A DNA stretch of 64,000 nt from Clostridia bacterium (GCA_017510825.1 JAFWMA010000005.1:6428-70427), one strand, 5' to 3'; positions 22,859 to 32,983 are shown, counted from the first letter of the stretch. Numbers and translations are program-made. The notes: generated by a model from the letters alone, not told the origin.

Positions 22859-23512
22859 GTGAATAAAAAAATAAAAAATATAATAAAATGTAGTATTGTT
22901 GTGGTTTGTTTAATGCTATTTTGGATGATATTTAATAGTGTATTAAAGACTGGAACATGGTTATTTGATGAACCTATAAATACATTTATTAATAAGTTTT
23001 TTAATCCAATTCTTACAACTTTTTGTTTGATTTTGGCCAGAATTGGTGGTAGAGCAGGAACTGCGATTTTAACAATAGTTTTATGTATTATTAGTACTAT
23101 AAAGTTTAAGAATAAAAAAATGGCAATTATTATAGTGATTAATATTTTCTTAATTGGGTTATTTAATCATTTTATTAAAGAGTACGTACAAAGGTTAAGA
23201 CCAGAGTATAGAATGATGGATGTTGCTGGATATAGTTTTCCATCAGGACATTCAATGATATCAATGGCAGAGTGGGGATTATTAATTTATTTTGCTTATA
23301 AATATATAAAAAATATTAAAATTAAATGGTGTTGTATTATTCTAATGTCACTTATGATACTACTTATGGGTGCTAGTAGAATATATTTAGGAGTTCATTA
23401 TCCAAGTGATGTTATTTCAGGATTACTTTTAGGATTAGCATATATAATTATATATACAACAATAATTGATAGTTTGATAATAAAAGATAATGAAACAAGT
23501 GAGTTGAAGTAG
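22859..23512 (+). CDS. PAP2 family phosphatase
   Basis: K...RLRP, SFPSGHS, SRIYLGVHYPSDV. Confidence 0.92.
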   Translation: MNKKIKNIIKCSIVVVCLMLFWMIFNSVLKTGTWLFDEPINTFINKFFNPILTTFCLILARIGGRAGTAILTIVLCIISTIKFKNKKMAIIIVINIFLIGLFNHFIKEYVQRLRPEYRMMDVAGYSFPSGHSMISMAEWGLLIYFAYKYIKNIKIKWCCIILMSLMILLMGASRIYLGVHYPSDVISGLLLGLAYIIIYTTIIDSLIIKDNETSELK

Positions 23513-23523
23513 GAGGTGAGATA

Positions 23524-24381
23524 ATGGGATTTGAAGAAGAGTCTTTAGAAAGGTTAAAAGGCAGGGCTGAACTATATAAAGAAGCTTATTTAAGAGAAAA
23601 TGGAAAAAAAGAAGATATGAAACCAGGCGATAGGGCTTATTATGAGTTTAATGTTGAAAATACAACTAAAAATGCTGTAATGAGATTTCATGATAGGCTT
23701 AATTGTGGTGGATATGCATTTGAGATAGATAATTGTTTTTTTCCTAATGGTGAGAAATTAAGTAATTATGTTTCAAGTGTTTTAGATAAATTTGATTTTA
23801 TCAGATTGCTTGGAGATGAACCTTTACATGATGATGAGTATTTAGTCTTTTATAGAATTATTGATTTTGAAAAAAATAATGGTAGAAACAAAGGACATCA
23901 TTTTGTAAAAGTAGAACAAGATGGATTAGTTGTTGAAAAAAATGGAGCTGGTAGACCACTTATATTTGATAAATGGCATGAGAGATATAAAGAGAGTCCA
24001 GAAGTTGTATTTGCGGTTAAAAAGGATCATAATCACTATTTTGATTCACGACATTCATTAACAAGTTTTTCTGGAGGATTGGATTTTGAACAAACAGTTT
24101 CTAAAGCTATAGATGAAAAGAATAATTCATTTTCATATCATAGCCATAAATATCAACTAAAAAAGGCACAAGATGGTGATGCTGTAGTAGTTGATATAAA
24201 TGGAGAGATAATAGCTGATGTTTTGACCGATGGAGTAGATACTGCAGTACAAATAACTGAGGGGAAAGAAGACTATGTAGAAAATTTTTCTGGACCAGTA
24301 AAACCAATTATAAAAAATGGAAAGTTAATTAATTTGAGTGAATTTAAGGATAAGAGAGATAAGAGTGAAATTGATAGATAG
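23524..24381 (+). CDS. Hypothetical protein, possible papain-like Cys-His enzyme
   Basis: Strong AGGAGG RBS; NCGGYA and HHFVK...DG...EKNG motifs. Confidence 0.6.
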   Translation: MGFEEESLERLKGRAELYKEAYLRENGKKEDMKPGDRAYYEFNVENTTKNAVMRFHDRLNCGGYAFEIDNCFFPNGEKLSNYVSSVLDKFDFIRLLGDEPLHDDEYLVFYRIIDFEKNNGRNKGHHFVKVEQDGLVVEKNGAGRPLIFDKWHERYKESPEVVFAVKKDHNHYFDSRHSLTSFSGGLDFEQTVSKAIDEKNNSFSYHSHKYQLKKAQDGDAVVVDINGEIIADVLTDGVDTAVQITEGKEDYVENFSGPVKPIIKNGKLINLSEFKDKRDKSEIDR

Positions 24382-24401
24382 ATATTTAAATATTCGACCT
24401 C

Positions 24402-24530
24402 CTATATTTTTTCAGTGCATTTTTTGAAATACTTCTCTGCGTTGAGTTGAACAGATATTTTAATTGTTTTGGTGTTATCATCACTAAATAAAGGTTTATA
24501 GGTTTCAAGAAACAGTTTAAAAGAATCCAT
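24402..24530 (-). CDS. Putative 42-aa small protein MDSFKLFLETYKPLFSDDNTKTIKISVQLNAEKYFKKCTEKI
   Basis: AAGGAG RBS 6 nt before ATG; upstream TTGACG-17-TATGTT promoter-like sequence. Below the ORF-track length cutoff. Confidence 0.45.
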   Translation of the reverse strand: MDSFKLFLETYKPLFSDDNTKTIKISVQLNAEKYFKKCTEKI

Positions 24531-24738
24531 AAGTGTCTCCTTAAATTATTAAAAAAAACACAAGCCTATAGTTACAAATAGTAATTACAACATATCATTT
24601 ATTTATGTAAACGTCAATTAGAGTATATGGATGTTTTTTAGTATTAAGCGGTTTTATTTTTTTATAATTTGTGATATTATATGATATGGAGATTAATCAA
24701 ATTTTATTGCTTAATTTGAGAAGATTGGAGGTTTCTTT

Positions 24739-25584
24739 ATGAAATTTATATATGCATGTGATATTCACGGAGATAAAAATAAATATGATAAATTGTTGGA
24801 GATAGCAATTAATGAAAAAATAAACTATATGGTATGGGGTGGTGACCTATTACCTAAAAAACTTGGACCTAGAAAGGTAATACAAAAAGAATTTGTTGAG
24901 GGTGAGTATATAGATAATTATTTTAAAAGGCTGAAAGAAAACTGTATTACATGTGTTCTAATTCCAGGAAATGATGATTTAGATAGATTTGATGCTAAAA
25001 TAAATGATTTGTGTAGCAAATATAATAATATTATAAATGTTGATAAGACAAAAGTTACTATTGGAGATGTGGATTTTATAGGTTTATCTAATGTGTTGGA
25101 TAATCCATTTAAAAGTAAGAATAGAGTTCTTATGGAAGATGGGTTGGAAATGGAAGAACAACTATCTCAGGAAATTTGGATTGAGCATGATACAAGGGTT
25201 ATTACACCAGAAGAGTGGAGAAAATATAGAGAAACAGATGTAGAAAAAATGAAAGATGTTTTAGATAGATTACCTAAAATGGAGAATAATAAAAAAACAG
25301 TTTTTGTCTTTCATGATCCACCTTATGGAATAGGATTGGATAATTGCTCTGTTGGGATAAAAGCAGGATCTAAGGATATGGCAAAATATATTACAGAAAG
25401 TGGTGCTTATATGTCACTTCATGGGCATATTCATGAATCTCCTGATGTTAGTGGAGTATGGAGGGCAAAATTGGGAAATACTGTTTGTATTCAGCCTGGA
25501 CAAAGTGAACTTGGAGAAAAGTCTTTTACATATGTTATCATTGATACTGATAAGGATACACAGGAAAGATTTATAAAAATGTGA
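24739..25584 (+). CDS. Metallophosphoesterase (Icc-related)
   Basis: DIHG, GGDL, PGNDD, HDPP, HGHIHE motifs. Confidence 0.9.
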   Translation: MKFIYACDIHGDKNKYDKLLEIAINEKINYMVWGGDLLPKKLGPRKVIQKEFVEGEYIDNYFKRLKENCITCVLIPGNDDLDRFDAKINDLCSKYNNIINVDKTKVTIGDVDFIGLSNVLDNPFKSKNRVLMEDGLEMEEQLSQEIWIEHDTRVITPEEWRKYRETDVEKMKDVLDRLPKMENNKKTVFVFHDPPYGIGLDNCSVGIKAGSKDMAKYITESGAYMSLHGHIHESPDVSGVWRAKLGNTVCIQPGQSELGEKSFTYVIIDTDKDTQERFIKM

Positions 25585-25707
25585 CACGAGAGGGGACACT
25601 TACCTTGTTTTCAAAAGAATTTTTGGTTGTTCAGGAAATGAAGAAATCTAGCATATAACAAATATACCAAAAGACAATAAAAAATACAAAGTTACAGTAT
25701 TTTGTTA

Positions 25708-26534
25708 GTGTAAAATTTATGTAGGCAAAAAATAAAATTTTTGTCTGCATATTTTTTTAATTTAATATTGAAAAAACATGGTTAATCCGATACAATGTGA
25801 ATCGCAAAACAACAATAGTAAAGGATAATAACCATGTTTGAAGAAATTATAACAAGTAATGAAATAAAATTCAATGATTTAGAGAAAAAAGTTTATAAAT
25901 TTGTATGTTTTTTTGGATGTTTAATAATAAAATTAATGTTAGAATCATACGACAAGAAAATAATGAAAGCTCGAGACAGTAACAGATTCATATAGAAAAA
26001 GTGAAACAGTAATAGAAGAAACAACAAATACAACCATAAGCTATGAAAAAATAAGAAATATAATAGTAGATGTTGGAGAAAAAATAACAAAAAAAGAAAA
26101 AGAGGAAAGCAAATTATTAGACAAAGGACAATAGATAGCAGGGCTAAAAGAAGTGACCGCATTATTTGAAGAAGCAGATGGAATATGGATAAATTTACAA
26201 GGAAAAGACAGAAAAGAAAAACTAAAAAAAATAAAAAAAAGCAGAAAAAGAAAACAAAGAATTCAATCCAAAAATGAAAATAAAAACAGAGCTGAAATTG
26301 CATATTATGTATGAAGGATGGAAAAAGGAAGATCCAAGACATAGCTTAGTGGATAAGCAATATATAGCAGGAATAATGAAACCAAAAGAAATAGCAAAAA
26401 TAAAAAGCTTTAGTGAAATATAGTCAAAAGGCTATGTTTATTAAGAGAACCAAAATAAAATAAATAGTTGATAACAATGGCATTTGAGGATTAAGAATAA
26501 AAAGATAAAAAAATTGCCTACATTTACTTGACAC
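25708..26534 (+). mobile_element. Degenerate, internally deleted ISLre2-family (UPF0236) insertion sequence
   Basis: Fragments MFEEIITSNEIKFNDLEKK (ATG 25834), LFEEADGIWINLQGKDRK and ELKLHIMYEGW in broken frames. Imperfect terminal inverted repeats GTGTAAAATTTATGTAGGCAA (25708) and TTGCCTACATTTACTTGACAC (26514). Confidence 0.8.
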
Positions 26535-26663
26535 ATACTATTAACATAGACTGATGAAAAAACTATTGACAGACAAAAAAATAAAATATAAAATATAAAA
26601 TATAGATATCGAAATTACTGAATGAAAAAGATAGAAAGAACAAAAGGAAGGAAAAGTAAAATA

Positions 26664-27965
26664 ATGGAAGAAAACAAGGTTCAAAAAACAGCGGAAACCC
26701 GCATAACACTACACACACACACCTACACCTACATTTTAAACAATAAAAAAACAAGAGAGAAGTTTAATTTTAGAAAACAACAATTTAGGCAGGCAGGAAT
26801 TACATTGGTAGCATTAGTAGTTACGGTAATTGTTCTATTAATTCTAGCCGGAGTAACAATAAGCCTTGCACTAGGAGGTAATGGAATATTAGATAGAACT
26901 CAATATGCATCAAACATGTATGCAAATGCTACAAAAAACGAGATAGCACTATTTGAAAACATAGAACAAATATCAGATAAACTAACAGGAACGCTAACTG
27001 AATCACAAATAATGGCAATCAACCAAAATACAAATTTGCAAGAAATAAACTATAAACCTGCAGAGATAAATGAAATAATAACAATACCAGGAGAAAATAA
27101 TGGAGGGATAGCAGACCAAGAATTTAGCCAAGCAAATTTAGGAACACAAAGTTTGAAATGGTATGTATTAAGTGCAGATGAGAATGGAGTAAATTTAGTA
27201 AGTGAGCCAACCAGTAAAGCTATACAATTTTGTGATGCAGGAGGATATGACAACTGCTTATACTATTTAAAACAAATAGTGAAAAAATTATTTATTAATG
27301 AAAATAAATTTGGAATTACACCAGATAGAGTACATGCATTAAATTTAAGCGACATAAAAAAAGCAACAGAGGGAAAAAATGGACAAAACTATAATTGGGA
27401 TGAAACTTTTATAAAAAATGCATCTTACTATGGAAGTGGAACAAATACATACAACGAAGGAAAAATAGGGAAAAAGACCTATACAACTGTAAATTTAAAG
27501 TATCCTAAAATATATGGAACAAGTGAAGAAGATATACTGATAGATAATTCAATGTATGATGAAGATGTACCTGAAGATTATAAACCGATAAAAGATGATT
27601 TGGCTGGTAGTACTTCACCAACAGCAAGTAAACAAACCGTAAACTATACATATTTGAGCTATCATAATGCAAGAGATGCTATGATAAATAATTTAGGCAT
27701 ATTTGGAAGCAGTGATATTGGAAAAGAATTATTTAAAGAAAATGGCAAAAATTATTATCTAGCTTCGCGCTCTATTTATTCAGACTCATCAAACAGAACA
27801 AACTTTTTTCTTAACAATGTGAGTTCTGGATGTTTAAGTAATTATCATGCACTTTGCCTTGGCCAAGGTGGAAACAATAGAATTACTTGTTATCTTCGAT
27901 GTGTTGTTTCTATATCAGGTGCAAGAATTAACATTTCAAATGATGGAACAGTAACTTTAAAATAA
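26664..27965 (+). CDS. Pilin-like protein (class III signal G|ITLVALVVT) with C-terminal CLec/DUF6273-like domain
   Basis: QAGITLVALVVTVIVLLILAGVTISL helix; C-terminus YYLASR...LRCVVSI. Start could alternatively be 26622. Confidence 0.75.
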   Translation: MEENKVQKTAETRITLHTHTYTYILNNKKTREKFNFRKQQFRQAGITLVALVVTVIVLLILAGVTISLALGGNGILDRTQYASNMYANATKNEIALFENIEQISDKLTGTLTESQIMAINQNTNLQEINYKPAEINEIITIPGENNGGIADQEFSQANLGTQSLKWYVLSADENGVNLVSEPTSKAIQFCDAGGYDNCLYYLKQIVKKLFINENKFGITPDRVHALNLSDIKKATEGKNGQNYNWDETFIKNASYYGSGTNTYNEGKIGKKTYTTVNLKYPKIYGTSEEDILIDNSMYDEDVPEDYKPIKDDLAGSTSPTASKQTVNYTYLSYHNARDAMINNLGIFGSSDIGKELFKENGKNYYLASRSIYSDSSNRTNFFLNNVSSGCLSNYHALCLGQGGNNRITCYLRCVVSISGARINISNDGTVTLK

Positions 27966-27967
27966 AA

Positions 27968-28198
27968 ATGGAGAAAAAGAAGGAAATACATCAAAAGCAA
28001 CACAAAATAATAACAGAATTAATCCGTAAATATGGCATAAGTCAATCAGTAATACATAAGTGGTGCAACTTATATGGAGAGATAAAAGCCGATACTGGTG
28101 AAATTGCAACTAATGCAGAAATATTTATAGCTACTGAAAAAGCGAATTATATTACAACAAATAATTTTAAATGGCTCTTAGCATATCCTAATAATTAG
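27968..28198 (+). pseudogene. IS3-family transposase OrfA (HTH) remnant
   Basis: ITELIRKYGISQSVIHKWCNLYGEI, paralogous to 44561-44788. Confidence 0.65.
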
Positions 28199-28278
28199 AA
28201 TACAAATTTAAAAACAATTGCATATTTGATTGATATAAGTTTAACTAAATAACTGATACGGCTTAACAAGTTAGGAGA

Positions 28279-29559
28279 ATGGAACAAATGAAAGAAATAA
28301 AAAACATTAAGTTAGGTTTATTAGAAAATATAAAGAAGAATAAAGGCTATTGCAAAGATACAGGAATCACCTTAGTGGCGCTCGTTATAACAATCATAGT
28401 TTTGCTAATACTAGCAGGAGTAACATTGAATTTATTACTAGGCGAAAATGGACTATTAAACAAAGCTGGAAAAGCCAGTGACATGCAAGTAGCAGCAAAT
28501 GAAAAAGAAGCATTACAAATGGTACTAGCAGAATTAGAAATAGCAAAAAGCAAAAAAGAAATAGAGGAAATAACAGCATATATACTAGAAAGGAAGCTAA
28601 AACAAAATGGCTATAATGTAAGTGTAAATTCAGATGGAGAAGTATATCTAGTAACATTTTTAGATAGCAAAAACATATATGTAGTAGATAGAATAGGAAA
28701 TGTAGGACAAGCAGAAAGATACAATATAAATTATAATTTAAATGGAGGAAGCAATCCACCAGAACAACCACAAACATATCAAAGAGGAGAGACAGTAGGA
28801 CTACTATACCCAACAAAAGAAGGAGAAGCTTTTGAAGGATGGTATGAGACAAGTGACTTTAGCGGAGAAAAAATAACAGAAATAAGAAACAGACGAGAAG
28901 ATATAACAGTATATGCAAACTGGATAGAAGAAACAGAACAAGACTACTTTAAATGGAGTACAGATGGAACAACAATAACGGGACTAAATGGAAACACAAA
29001 AACAGAAATAGTAATACCAAAAAAACATACACTAGCAGACGGAACAACAGTAGATGTCACCACCATAGGCGCAAACGCCTTCAACGGACATTCAGAAATA
29101 GCAAATCTAAAAATGCAAAAAATAACAATAATACAAGGATATGCATTTAGGAATTGCACAGGCTTAGAAAACATACAAATACCAAAAAGCATAACATCAG
29201 CATGGACTACCTCAGGTTATGGACCATTTAGTGGATGTACAAATTTAAAAAATGTAACATTCGAAGAAGGAACAGAAAAAGTACCAGACAACATATTTAA
29301 GACCTGCCCAGGGTCACTAGAAGTAACTTTACCAAGTAGTGTAACAATAATAGGATCATATGCATTTCAAAGTAGTGGCATTACAAAAATAACAATCCCG
29401 ACCAGCCTAAAAACAATAAACGCTAATGCGTTTGGAAATTGTTCATCTTTGGCAACAGTAAACTACAGAGGGGATGCAACGGCATGGTCAAAAATATCAA
29501 TAGCAGGAGGCAATGACCCAATAAAAAACATTCCTCCAATATATAATTATATTGACTAA
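28279..29559 (+). CDS. Pilin-like protein with InlB B-repeat and BspA-type leucine-rich repeats
   Basis: GITLVALVITIIVLLILAGVT; YNINYNLNGG...PTKEGEAFEGWY...TVYANW; TTIGANAF, LPSSVTIIGSYAF repeats. Confidence 0.8.
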   Translation: MEQMKEIKNIKLGLLENIKKNKGYCKDTGITLVALVITIIVLLILAGVTLNLLLGENGLLNKAGKASDMQVAANEKEALQMVLAELEIAKSKKEIEEITAYILERKLKQNGYNVSVNSDGEVYLVTFLDSKNIYVVDRIGNVGQAERYNINYNLNGGSNPPEQPQTYQRGETVGLLYPTKEGEAFEGWYETSDFSGEKITEIRNRREDITVYANWIEETEQDYFKWSTDGTTITGLNGNTKTEIVIPKKHTLADGTTVDVTTIGANAFNGHSEIANLKMQKITIIQGYAFRNCTGLENIQIPKSITSAWTTSGYGPFSGCTNLKNVTFEEGTEKVPDNIFKTCPGSLEVTLPSSVTIIGSYAFQSSGITKITIPTSLKTINANAFGNCSSLATVNYRGDATAWSKISIAGGNDPIKNIPPIYNYID

Positions 29560-29637
29560 AAATAGTATTAACATATTAGGACTAAATTAATAAAATAGAT
29601 ATAGAAATTTCACATCAGGAAAAAAGAAAAGAGGAAA

Positions 29638-31638
29638 ATGATGGAAAAAGAAACAATTGTGGAGATGAGCAGTACTTACCAGAAAAAACAAGAACGAACT
29701 GGAACCAATGCAAGGGGGAGCAACGTTCACCATCAAAACATAAAACAGGCTGGAATAACCCTAGTGGCACTAGTAGTTACAATAATTGCAATGCTAATTT
29801 TAGCTGGTGTAACAATAAGTTTGGCACTAGGAAACAATGGAATATTATCCAGAACAATTGATGCAAGTTTAAGAACTAAAGAATCTCAAGAAAAAGAAAT
29901 AATACATATGGCAGCGCTTGCAGCAATAAGTAAAAATAAAGAAATAAAATTAACAGCAACAGAATTACAAGAAGAACTAAATGAAGAAGAAGCAGTAGTG
30001 TATGATTTAGACACAGAATTAAAAGTAAAAATGAAATCTAATAGAATATATACAGTAGATTTAGACGGAAACATAAAAGACATGTCACAAAAAAATGAAA
30101 ACATGAAAAAAACATTGACAACACAATTAGCTGATTCAACTTATGGAACAGAAGAAAATCAATATCAAATTACATGCATAGAAGACTTAGTGGATTTTTC
30201 ATACAAAGTAAATGGAATAGTAGCAAAAGAAGACGGAAGCTTAGAATATACAAGCGATAGAAACAGTTTTGCAAGCAAGTACGTAGTATTGATTAATAAT
30301 CTTGATTTTAAATCAGCAGAATCATATGAGAATTTTGAAAGAACAGACTATGGAGATATCAATGGAAATGGTGAAGTGGAAATACTATTAAAAGAATTAA
30401 CTACCGGAAAAGGATGGATTCCAATAGGAGGATATGGACAAAATGGAGCCGGAGCTTTTTCAGGTACTTTTAATGGAAATAATAAAATTATATCAGAATT
30501 ATATATAAAAAATAGTGATTACACAAGCAATATTGGACTTTTTGGAACTGCTTCAAATACAGCTACAACCATAGAAAAACTCGGAGTAAGAGGAAACATA
30601 TATTGCAATTCACAATTAGCCGCTGGCATTATATGTGGAAGTTCATATGGAACTAAAAGAATTAATGATTGCTTTTTTGAAGGAATTATTGAGAATCAAT
30701 CAGGCACTACAGGTGGAATTATTGCTCATCCTAGCAGACCTTGTATAATTAATAATTGCTATACCAAAGGGAAAATAGAAGGAAAAACCGTTGGAGGCAT
30801 AATCGGAAGTGGAGATAATTCAGGAGCACTTTTACTTACAATAGATAATTGTTATAATGAGGCTGAAATTATAGGAACTTCCGCAGTAGGTGGAATTATA
30901 GGAAATGGACTTAGTAATGCAGAAATAAATAATTGCTATAATAAAGGAACAATAACAGGTGTTAGCCAAATAGGTGGAATAGCTGGACAAAATGGGAAAA
31001 AAATAGAAAATTGTTACAATACTGGTAATATTTTTGCAAACAATGATATAGGCGGAATAATAGGGAAATGCATAGGAGGACAAAAAATAGCAAAATGTTA
31101 TAATTTAGGAAATATAACGGCAAGCGGAAGCAAAATAGGAGGAATTGTAGGTTATAATCATACCAATGCTAATAATGTTATAGAAAAATGTTTTAATAAA
31201 GGTGATATAACAGGAGTGAGCTATATTGGTGGAGTAGCAGGTTGGATAGGACAAACAGGAGCAGCTAATTCAATATTTAATTGTTATAACACAGGAAAAG
31301 TAACAGGAAATGCTATTGCTGGGGTAGTGTATGGAAATAATGACAAAGTAATGGTAGTTTCGTGCTACAACATTGGTGAACTAGAGGGAAAAACAAAATA
31401 TGGAGTTACTTATAAAGGAAATGTAGAAAACTGCTACTATTTAACAAATAGAGGCAATTCAAATGAAAAAGCAATGGAAGTGACAAGTGAAGAATTAATG
31501 AGCTATGCTCCAATACTTGATAAAGCTTTTGAAATTGATAATGAAAACAATACAATAACAATTGATGAAGAAACAAAACAAGGAGTGTGGACAAGTGGAG
31601 AAGAAGAAAAATATCCACAAATTATAATGAATAACTAA
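29638..31638 (+). CDS. Pilin-like protein with GLUG-type beta-helical repeats
   Basis: GITLVALVVTIIAMLILAGVT; WIPIG...FSGTFNGNNKIISELYI; repeated xGGIxG...IxNCYNxGxIxG. Confidence 0.8.
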   Translation: MMEKETIVEMSSTYQKKQERTGTNARGSNVHHQNIKQAGITLVALVVTIIAMLILAGVTISLALGNNGILSRTIDASLRTKESQEKEIIHMAALAAISKNKEIKLTATELQEELNEEEAVVYDLDTELKVKMKSNRIYTVDLDGNIKDMSQKNENMKKTLTTQLADSTYGTEENQYQITCIEDLVDFSYKVNGIVAKEDGSLEYTSDRNSFASKYVVLINNLDFKSAESYENFERTDYGDINGNGEVEILLKELTTGKGWIPIGGYGQNGAGAFSGTFNGNNKIISELYIKNSDYTSNIGLFGTASNTATTIEKLGVRGNIYCNSQLAAGIICGSSYGTKRINDCFFEGIIENQSGTTGGIIAHPSRPCIINNCYTKGKIEGKTVGGIIGSGDNSGALLLTIDNCYNEAEIIGTSAVGGIIGNGLSNAEINNCYNKGTITGVSQIGGIAGQNGKKIENCYNTGNIFANNDIGGIIGKCIGGQKIAKCYNLGNITASGSKIGGIVGYNHTNANNVIEKCFNKGDITGVSYIGGVAGWIGQTGAANSIFNCYNTGKVTGNAIAGVVYGNNDKVMVVSCYNIGELEGKTKYGVTYKGNVENCYYLTNRGNSNEKAMEVTSEELMSYAPILDKAFEIDNENNTITIDEETKQGVWTSGEEEKYPQIIMNN

Positions 31639-31725
31639 AACACAACAGATATAATTAATTATCAGCAGTCAATGTAATAGTAACTTTATATATAACGAGA
31701 AGACAAGCAAAAAGGGAAAAAATTG

Positions 31726-32220
31726 GTGCGCCAGTTAAGTGATTAATGTACAGCAGGTGTAAATCCTGTCTAGTAAGGTCTATCCAACCGCTATTATCGA
31801 GATTTTGGAGCCAAAGTCGTGAGATTAGGTTTAAGCGTAAATCAGAGAGTGTTCGAGTCTTAATGCGAAAGCGTGAAACTATTGAGCCTCGTTAATCTAT
31901 TAAATAGAAGCTGATACCTTCCATTTGGCAGCAAGCAATAACACACGGACTAGCATAATAACCGATTGAGAAAACAAATATTTACACGAAGAAAACTTAA
32001 AGAAAAACACGGCAGAGTTAATAGACAGAATGAAATGTTTGAGCTATATATTAAGATAAAATGTAAAGGAGCAGCATACCTGATAAGGTATGCTGACGAC
32101 TTTGTGTGTTGTTTTGAAAAAGAAGAAGATGCAATAATTTTTTATGAAGAACTAAAAGATAGATTAAAGAAATTTGACCTAGAGCTAGCAGAAGGCAAAA
32201 GCAGAATAATACCATTTGGA
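31726..32220 (+). mobile_element. Group II intron remnant: 5' GUGCG end, partial domain I RNA and a short RT fragment
   Basis: GTGCG at 31726 followed by about 230 nt of GC-richer structured sequence; then AYLIRYADDFVCCFEKEEDA...LKDRLKKFDLELAEGKSRIIPFG (LtrA-type RT domains 5-7). No domain V/VI seen. Confidence 0.75.
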
Positions 32221-32694
32221 AATAATAATAGCAATCAAACATGGAATAATGGCGGAGAAAATGCTTCAACCACATCAAACATATATGGAGTATATGATAT
32301 GAGCGGAGGACTATGGGAAAGAACACTAGCATTCATTGCAAATGGAACAACTAATTTAAATAGATATGGAGCAAGTATAGCATATAGTAATGTAACAATG
32401 AAAACAGTAGGAACAAAATATACAACACCATATTCAAAAGGCACTTCAGATTTACAGCAAAACAACTGGGAAGCAAATGCAAAAATATATGGAGATGGAG
32501 CTTGCGAAACATCAACAGCAGGCACAGGTTCAAATTCATTTAATAAAGACTATTCGCTCTTCCCGGCCACTAGCGATCCCCTCTTCGAACGTGGAGGTCG
32601 TTCTGTGAATGGAGACTCAGCTGGTGTGTTTGCTTTCAGCTACAATAGTGGGAGGAGCCATTATGGCGTTGGTTTCCGCACGGTGTTGACTTAA
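32221..32694 (+). pseudogene. 3' fragment of a CLec/FGE-sulfatase-fold gene with DGR variable-repeat-like tail, fused in frame to the intron RT fragment
   Basis: ASTTSNIYGVYDMSGGLWE...RGG...GFRTVL. The last 144 nt are 52% GC by manual count. Confidence 0.7.
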
Positions 32695-32849
32695 GTCTGC
32701 CCACTTTAGTTTTTGGTACCTACCGAGTAGCTTAACATAACTTTTTTAGGTGATACTTACTTTTTGAATTAACATAATTAAAAATGCCAATATATACAAA
32801 AAAGTTTATTTCTTTATTTCACATGAAGGCGTTTTTAAAGGAATTTACA

Positions 32850-32878
32850 TTGACAAAAATGTGAAAAAATGGTATGAT
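32850..32878 (+). promoter_or_regulatory. SigA-type promoter of the ABC transporter gene
   Basis: TTGACA-17 nt-TATGAT with TG extension. Confidence 0.75.
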
Positions 32879-32983
32879 AAAATAGTGTTATTATATGATT
32901 AAATGGGTTTATTATAAGTTATAATTCTTGTTTAATTAAATTAACTTGTGACTGGGAACTAAGCGAGAAAGGAATTAGTCTTT

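Noticed and set aside
32060-32220. YADD reverse-transcriptase fragment as the RT of a complete DGR
   Set aside because: Only about 55 aa; the flanking motifs and the upstream GTGCG end fit a group II intron RT. No AAC-rich template repeat or accessory gene was seen in the window.
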